A DNA stretch of 64,000 nucleotides from Candidatus Poribacteria bacterium (GTDB taxonomy: Bacteria; Poribacteria; WGA-4E; PCPOR2b), in assembly GCA_965116925.1 (NCBI GenBank), contig OZ220744.1, positions 4,288,001-4,352,000 of the forward strand. The letters are read 5' to 3'. Numbering within the stretch: the first letter of the stretch is position 1; every line of letters begins with the position of its first letter. The notes beneath the pieces are model-generated. The model saw only the letters and a program-made list of their open reading frames with translations, did no database searches and had not been told where the DNA came from. The translations under genes were made by a program, and so were the position numbers. Of this stretch, positions 58,728 through 64,000 are shown in pieces.

Positions 58728-58829
58728 TATAGTAGATTTTAGAATTAATGGGACACGCCAAACCGGTGCGGTTACAAACCCCACCTACCGGGCGGCGCAA
58801 GTGTTTCTTTATTTTTTGAATTCACTATA
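58728..58829. mobile_element. TA-flanked MITE, short form (102 bp)
   Basis: Matches 23353-23573 minus the inner insert. Confidence 0.82.
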
Positions 58830-58865
58830 ATATGATGTTATCATACTTTGCGAAATAGGTGATCG

Positions 58866-59687
58866 TCATACTTCCACCGACCCCGGGGCATCAAAGTAGC
58901 CGACTTCTGTCAGGCGGTCAATCCAAAATTGACGAGTTAAGCTGCCCTGCGGATTGGACATCCATCGTTTCGAGTATAAATACTGCCGTTTGGGATTAAA
59001 TGCCTTGACCCCGGCTTGGGCGTTACCTTCGCCTTGCCTACGGAGTGCTTCAATTTCCTCGGGGATCTTGGGATTTGCATAATAGACGACTGTGCACATA
59101 CGGCGGTCATTGCTTCCCCCATAAGAGGCGTGCCACATGCGAAGGTCAAATGCAACCACGTCTCCCGGCTCAGAAGCGAGTGCGGTACACGGTACTTGCT
59201 CCAGCGGCAGTGACCGGACACCATCGGCGAACTCGTCATCATTAGGGAGTCGATGGGCACTAGGAATGACACGCAACGCTCCTGTATTCCCGTCTACCGG
59301 TTCTAAATAAAACGCAAACTTCACGCCGTACTGATGAACCGTACCGGTGTCACGGTGCCAACGTGTGTTACCGGTATAGCGATTGGCGTCTGTGCCGATA
59401 CCGAGCACATCGTCACCGTACAACTGTTTAGCAACAGTCAAAAAACGGGGGTCCTCCATCAGGCTCGCAAAGAAAGGCGTTTCCTCGTCCGTCATCGGTG
59501 CCCAGTGTCGCTCTGTACCATCGTATGGTTTGTGTGCGTATTGCTCTGCCATGGTAGTATCAAATTCTTGGTGGATTGTTGCGAGTTCATCGGCTGAGAA
59601 TAACCCCTTCAGTACCGTATAACCGAACGTCTTGTGGAAATCTATCTGATCCTCAGTGAGCCCTACTGTATCAGTGGTTTGATTCAT
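58866..59687 (-). CDS. PhyH-family dioxygenase
   Basis: FGY, WHRD, YL.P....GALRVIPSAH, PGDVVAFD..WHAS....RR. Confidence 0.88.
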   Translation of the reverse strand: MNQTTDTVGLTEDQIDFHKTFGYTVLKGLFSADELATIHQEFDTTMAEQYAHKPYDGTERHWAPMTDEETPFFASLMEDPRFLTVAKQLYGDDVLGIGTDANRYTGNTRWHRDTGTVHQYGVKFAFYLEPVDGNTGALRVIPSAHRLPNDDEFADGVRSLPLEQVPCTALASEPGDVVAFDLRMWHASYGGSNDRRMCTVVYYANPKIPEEIEALRRQGEGNAQAGVKAFNPKRQYLYSKRWMSNPQGSLTRQFWIDRLTEVGYFDAPGSVEV

Positions 59688-59717
59688 GTTCTTATCTCCT
59701 TTCTGTAGGTTGGGTGA

Positions 59718-59745
59718 GTAGGGAACGCAGATCTGCGTTCCCTAT
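59718..59745. repeat. Family-1 REP palindrome abutting a truncated family-2 REP
   Basis: gtaggttgggtga (59705-59717) followed by gtagggaacgcagatctgcgttccctat. Confidence 0.75.
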
Positions 59746-59759
59746 AATCTGAAGTTCAC

Positions 59760-60806
59760 CTAGGGAACCTCCACGCCTAGCGATGTTGCTGTCTCGGTGA
59801 CGGACTGCCATATATCTTCGGCGATGGGGATACCGTCGCGTTGACGGGCGGCGCGTGTCCGAACCTCTGGATCGCCGGGCATCAGGACTTCATCGAAGCC
59901 GGGTGCCGGTGGAATCGCCCGGACGCGATGTCCCATTTCATCAGCGCGATCCGCATAATCCGAGAAGGGTTGGAACAGATCCGCTTTGAAAGCGATAAAT
60001 GTTACACCTTGATGCCGCATAATCGGACCGCCGTGTTTGGGATCAACAAAAGCATCCGCTCCTGTGAAGATTCGCCCTAGGAACTCTGTTGCCATCATCA
60101 AGGCATAGCCCTTGTGCCCGCCAAACGGGACATGCCCACCGCCATTAACGAAATCGTTCGCATCCGTGCTGGGATTCCCATCTTTGTCGACAATGCAGTT
60201 GGGCGGTAACGGCTCCCCTCTGCGCTGGGCGTTGAGAACTTTGACACCGGAAACTGCTGCTGTTGCAAAGTCGAACATCATTTGCGGCGCATCGCCGGAG
60301 GGAAATCCCATTGCTAGTGGATTGGTATGGAGAACCGTTTTGCTGCCACCGTAGGGAACGGTTGCGGGTTCTTCTTCAGAGTATCCTCCCGCCCAAACCA
60401 TAGCGATTAGTCTTTCAGATGCAGCCATCTCCACATAATGACCTAGTCTCCCGATATGATCTGCCTGAACAAGTCCGACCACGGCAATGTCATTCTCTTT
60501 CGCTTTTGTTATGGCGACTTCTATCGCATATTTGGCAGCGACTTGACCGAAGGTCCAATTTCCTGTTATTTGGGCACTTGTGGCGGTCTCGTTTAGAATT
60601 TCCGGATGGGCTGTTGCTACAATCTCACCGGATTTGGAGGATTCCACATAACGCGGTAAATGCCAGATACCGTGTGTATCAACGCCGCTAAGGTTTGCCA
60701 GAACTAGATGCTCTGCTACGTCTTCTGCGTTTGGCTCATCGGCACCTGCGGCCAAGAGAACGTTCTTGACCAGTTGATGAAGTTCGTCCCCTGTCTTGAT
60801 TATCAT
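59760..60806 (-). CDS. Ldh_2-family oxidoreductase (type 2 malate/L-lactate/sulfolactate dehydrogenase)
   Basis: G.DTHG, HIGRLG.Y, TNP, FDFAT, GGHKGYAL, PGDPE. Confidence 0.92.
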   Translation of the reverse strand: MIIKTGDELHQLVKNVLLAAGADEPNAEDVAEHLVLANLSGVDTHGIWHLPRYVESSKSGEIVATAHPEILNETATSAQITGNWTFGQVAAKYAIEVAITKAKENDIAVVGLVQADHIGRLGHYVEMAASERLIAMVWAGGYSEEEPATVPYGGSKTVLHTNPLAMGFPSGDAPQMMFDFATAAVSGVKVLNAQRRGEPLPPNCIVDKDGNPSTDANDFVNGGGHVPFGGHKGYALMMATEFLGRIFTGADAFVDPKHGGPIMRHQGVTFIAFKADLFQPFSDYADRADEMGHRVRAIPPAPGFDEVLMPGDPEVRTRAARQRDGIPIAEDIWQSVTETATSLGVEVP

Positions 60807-60832
60807 TGTTTTCTCCTGGATCTGTGTGTGGG

Positions 60833-62076
60833 GGTAGCACTGCACTAAAGTGTGGAGTAATCACTTGACAAGTAGGGGATCCGTTGACTATCTTTATGTA
60901 TCCCAACAATAAGGAGAGTCAACCAATGGATCCCCCACAGATATTTTGTCATAATCCCGACTGCCCGGCAAGTGGAAAAGTTGACCGGGGGAATATAGGA
61001 GTTCATAGTCGCAAGCCCGAGCGTTACATCTGTCATGAGTGCAAGACGACGTTTACGCCGAGCAAAGGGACTGCGTTCTATCGCCTTCGCTATTCAGTTG
61101 AGTTTGTCACCCAAGTCATCACGCTATTGGCTTATGGGTGTCCGCTTCAGGCGATTGTTGCTGCGTTTGGCATAGATGAACGAACCGTAGCCAATTGGCA
61201 GCAGCGCGCCGGTGTCCACTGCGAGCAGGTTCATCAGCATTTGGTGCAGCACCCACATGACTTAGGTCAGGTACAGGCTGATGAGATACGGGTCAAATAC
61301 CAGGGGGGCATCGCTTGGCTGGCTCAAGCCATTGCTGTTCCCACTCGGTTGTGGCTCGCCGGTGTCGTCAGGGGTCGGCGTGACGGTGCATTGATTCGGT
61401 GTCTTATTCAACAGGTGTATCAATGTGCGTTGTATCGACCGTTATTGTTGTGCGTTGATGGTTTGGCTGCGTATGTTTCGACTATCAAGGAGGTCTTTCG
61501 CACCCCCATTTGCACCGGCAAACGGGGACGTCCGCACCTTCGTCTGTGGCGACATCTGTGCATTGTACAGGTCATCAAGCAGCATTCTCAAAAGCAACCC
61601 AGGCGCGTGATGGGAGTCATCAGACGCATTGTCTGTGGCACATCACAACAGGTACAGACCTTGATAGAACAGACACAATCGACCCCCACTGCCCATGTGA
61701 GTTACATCGAGCGGCTTAATGGGACATTTCGCGCACGTTTAGCGATGCTAGTCCGTCGGGGACGGGGAGTGGCACGGCGGCTGCAAACGCTTGAGCGAGC
61801 GATGTATCTAATGGGGTGTGTCTACAACTTTTGTACACCGCATCAGAGTCTCCGGCTGGTGTTGTACCTGCCCAATAATCGGCGGCGATGGGTAGAAAGA
61901 ACACCCGCGATGGCGGCGGGAAGGACTGACCATGTTTGGACAGTGGGACAGCTGCTCGGTTATCAAGTGCCACCCCCACCGTGGCAACCCCCTCGACGAC
62001 GCGGAAGACCGGCTGCCAAAATTAAGGCTCTTATTCAACGCTATCTCTTATGACCACACTTTACTGCGGTGCTACC
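60833..62076 (+). mobile_element. IS1-family-like insertion sequence, 1244 bp
   Basis: 23-bp TIR ggtagcactgcactaaagtgtgg / ccacactttactgcggtgctacc (21/23 match); 8-bp direct repeat tgtgtggg at 60825-60832 and 62077-62084. Confidence 0.88.
60926..62053 (+). CDS. Single-ORF IS1-like transposase (Zn ribbon-HTH-DDE)
   Basis: CHNPDC..CHEC, HTH, QADE, DG..AY, IERLN.TFR, YNF, TPAMAAG.TDHVW; AAGGAG RBS before ATG 60926. Confidence 0.88.
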   Translation: MDPPQIFCHNPDCPASGKVDRGNIGVHSRKPERYICHECKTTFTPSKGTAFYRLRYSVEFVTQVITLLAYGCPLQAIVAAFGIDERTVANWQQRAGVHCEQVHQHLVQHPHDLGQVQADEIRVKYQGGIAWLAQAIAVPTRLWLAGVVRGRRDGALIRCLIQQVYQCALYRPLLLCVDGLAAYVSTIKEVFRTPICTGKRGRPHLRLWRHLCIVQVIKQHSQKQPRRVMGVIRRIVCGTSQQVQTLIEQTQSTPTAHVSYIERLNGTFRARLAMLVRRGRGVARRLQTLERAMYLMGCVYNFCTPHQSLRLVLYLPNNRRRWVERTPAMAAGRTDHVWTVGQLLGYQVPPPPWQPPRRRGRPAAKIKALIQRYLL

Positions 62077-62171
62077 TGTGTGGGAGCGAGGGAGCGGATG
62101 TGTGAGGCAGCGGGGAATGTGTCGTGTAGTAGGGTGGTGTTCCTAGCTTGCTCCAAGCTGCTCGATAATTT

Positions 62172-62369
62172 GTAGGGCGGGTGTCCTCGCCCGATTCAAT
62201 ACTTCGGTTATTATAACCCAAGTTGCTAGACAGTTATGATACACCTGTCGCTCCTCTGGAGCTAATGAAACATAATAAGTAATGCGTCAGAAGAAGCGGA
62301 ACGCAGATCTGCGTTCCCTACGAATTAACCTGACTAGATCGGCGGGGTCGGGCAGGATGCCCGACCTAC
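62172..62369. repeat. Cluster of REP and MITE fragments
   Basis: gtagggcgggtgtcctcgccc; lone IS982-type end acccaagttgctag at 62216; cgctcctctggagc; family-1 palindrome 62298-62321; gtcgggcaggatgcccgacctac. Confidence 0.7.
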
Positions 62370-62391
62370 GGGTACGTGTATATTTGGGTTA

Positions 62392-63897
62392 TTATAGACT
62401 ATACAACTCTCCGTACTTTGACCGCAGATAGTGGATATACGGTTCGATGCGTAACGATCCGCCGGTAACGCGCTCAATGAGTTCGGGTGTGGTGTATTTG
62501 CTGCCGTGCTGATAGATGTTCTCTTTGAGCCAGTCGTGTAAGGTGCTGAATTCCCCCATTTCAATCTCGCTTGTAATCTCAAGGTGTGCTTCCAAAGCGG
62601 TCGCAAAAAACTGTGCTCCCAGAATATTGCCCAATGTATAGCCCTGAAAACCACCGCCAATCGAGCCACCATACCAGTGGACATCTTGCAGCACCCCATC
62701 GCGGTCATCTGGTGGGACGATTCCAAAATCCGCTTGAAATCGCTCACGCCACGCTTCGGGGAGATCTTTCACAGCGAGTTTCCCCTCAAGCAGGTCGAGC
62801 TCAAAATCGAACCGGAGCATAACGTGGAGGTTGTAAGTGACCTCGTCGGCATCTGTGCGGATAAGTGAACGTTCCACTTTGTTAATCGCACGGTAAAAGG
62901 TATCTATGGGCACACTCCCAAGTTGGTCTGGGAAGGTTGATTGGAGCTTCGGGTAGAAAAAGTTCCAGAAGCCTCGGCTTCGCCCGACGACGTTTTCCCA
63001 GAGACGCGATTGGCTTTCATGAATCCCTGACGACGGTCCACCGTCGAGGGGAAGCCCTTCATAGTCCGTGCAGGTCCCTTGCTCGTACAGTGCGTGTCCG
63101 GCCTCATGCGTCATGCTGAATAGCCCTTCGCTCAAGTCATCTTCCTTTGTCCGGATGGTGATACGTACATCGCCAATTGAGAATTTTGTCATGAACGGAT
63201 GGTGGGTCATATCGCGTCGGCCGCGTTCAAAGTCATAGCCGAAGCGTTTGATGACGTCATCGGCGAATTCTAGTTGTTGTGCCTCCGGGAAGGTCTGGCG
63301 TAGGCAACTGTCGTCGGCGGTTGGTTGGGCGGTGATGGCGTTCATAATCGGGACGAGTTGTTCGCGGAGTTCGGCAAAGAGTGGACGAACAACCGAGGCT
63401 TTCATGCTCTCGTCGGCAAAGTCGATCAGGGGATCCGCGATATGTTCGTAGCCGGGAAAGAAATCGGCGAGTTGGCGGCTTAGATCGAGTGTCTTTTCGA
63501 GGTAGGGCTGCACGGCAGCGAAGTCGTTTTCCGGTCGCGCAGTCGTCCAGACCTGATACGATTCGGCTGCGTGGTTCTGGAGTTCTGCCATGAACGAAGA
63601 GGGTACTTTTGTGGCTTTCTCATATCCGCGTCGTGTGACACGAATCAGGCTGGCATCATCAGAGTCGTAGGGAAGACTTTCTTCGGAAGGTTGTAAATCA
63701 TCAAGGAGTTTCCCTATCTTTGGATCGGTGAACTTTTCATGCGCGAGGCGACTCAATGTGGCAAGTTGACGACCCCGCGCAGCTGCACCGCCCGGCGGCA
63801 TGTAGGTGGTCTGGTCCCAGTGGAGGATCGAAGCTGCTGATCCCAAGTCGTTGATTTCCATCAGGTGTGTTTTGAGTTCTTGAAGTTTGGATTCCAA
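62392..63897 (-). CDS. Carboxypeptidase Taq (M32 family)
   Basis: WD..T.MP, HPF, HEAGHALYEQ (HExxH), HESQS, IRTDADE, QDVHW; GGAGG RBS. Confidence 0.96.
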   Translation of the reverse strand: MESKLQELKTHLMEINDLGSAASILHWDQTTYMPPGGAAARGRQLATLSRLAHEKFTDPKIGKLLDDLQPSEESLPYDSDDASLIRVTRRGYEKATKVPSSFMAELQNHAAESYQVWTTARPENDFAAVQPYLEKTLDLSRQLADFFPGYEHIADPLIDFADESMKASVVRPLFAELREQLVPIMNAITAQPTADDSCLRQTFPEAQQLEFADDVIKRFGYDFERGRRDMTHHPFMTKFSIGDVRITIRTKEDDLSEGLFSMTHEAGHALYEQGTCTDYEGLPLDGGPSSGIHESQSRLWENVVGRSRGFWNFFYPKLQSTFPDQLGSVPIDTFYRAINKVERSLIRTDADEVTYNLHVMLRFDFELDLLEGKLAVKDLPEAWRERFQADFGIVPPDDRDGVLQDVHWYGGSIGGGFQGYTLGNILGAQFFATALEAHLEITSEIEMGEFSTLHDWLKENIYQHGSKYTTPELIERVTGGSLRIEPYIHYLRSKYGELYSL

Positions 63898-64000
63898 ATG
63901 TACCTCCTCCTATAAAGAGAAAACGGGAAGACGGGAAAACCTGAAAACGGGAGAGCGTGTGTGAGGCGGCGAATGTTTGATTCGCCGCCACGCGCCCACA

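Noticed and set aside
1..64000. tRNA, rRNA, prophage, integron or anti-phage defence loci
   Set aside because: No cloverleaf or rRNA signatures and no integrase, phage structural, reverse transcriptase or restriction genes were recognised; the YoeB pair is the only toxin module seen.

Overview
Bacterial chromosomal window with about 50 CDSs. No rRNA, tRNA or CRISPR array was found. Gene content is catabolic and envelope-related: six PhyH-family Fe(II)/2-oxoglutarate dioxygenases (one fused to HEAT repeats), a sulfatase, two GH10-like TIM barrels, two Asp-box propeller proteins, two Gfo/Idh/MocA oxidoreductases, Nramp/MFS/SSS/AtoE-type and other transporters, and a LolA-like/MacB-type ABC operon interrupted by a YoeB-type toxin-antitoxin pair. 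This repertoire resembles Candidatus Poribacteria-like sponge symbionts (inference only). Three intact IS elements (IS982, IS5 and IS1 families) have readable TIRs and target duplications. The intergenic DNA is dense with GTAG-type REP palindromes and several MITE families nested inside one another. Best candidates for novelty: (1) a protein fusing a cold-shock domain to two tandem Hfq/LSm-like domains (42047-43048); (2) a stand-alone tandem VTC/CYTH triphosphate-tunnel protein (52655-54316); (3) a nested MITE>REP>MITE>REP architecture, together with REPs whose loops carry 70-74 nt or 118 nt inserts. All protein calls come from motif recognition by eye, not from database searches.
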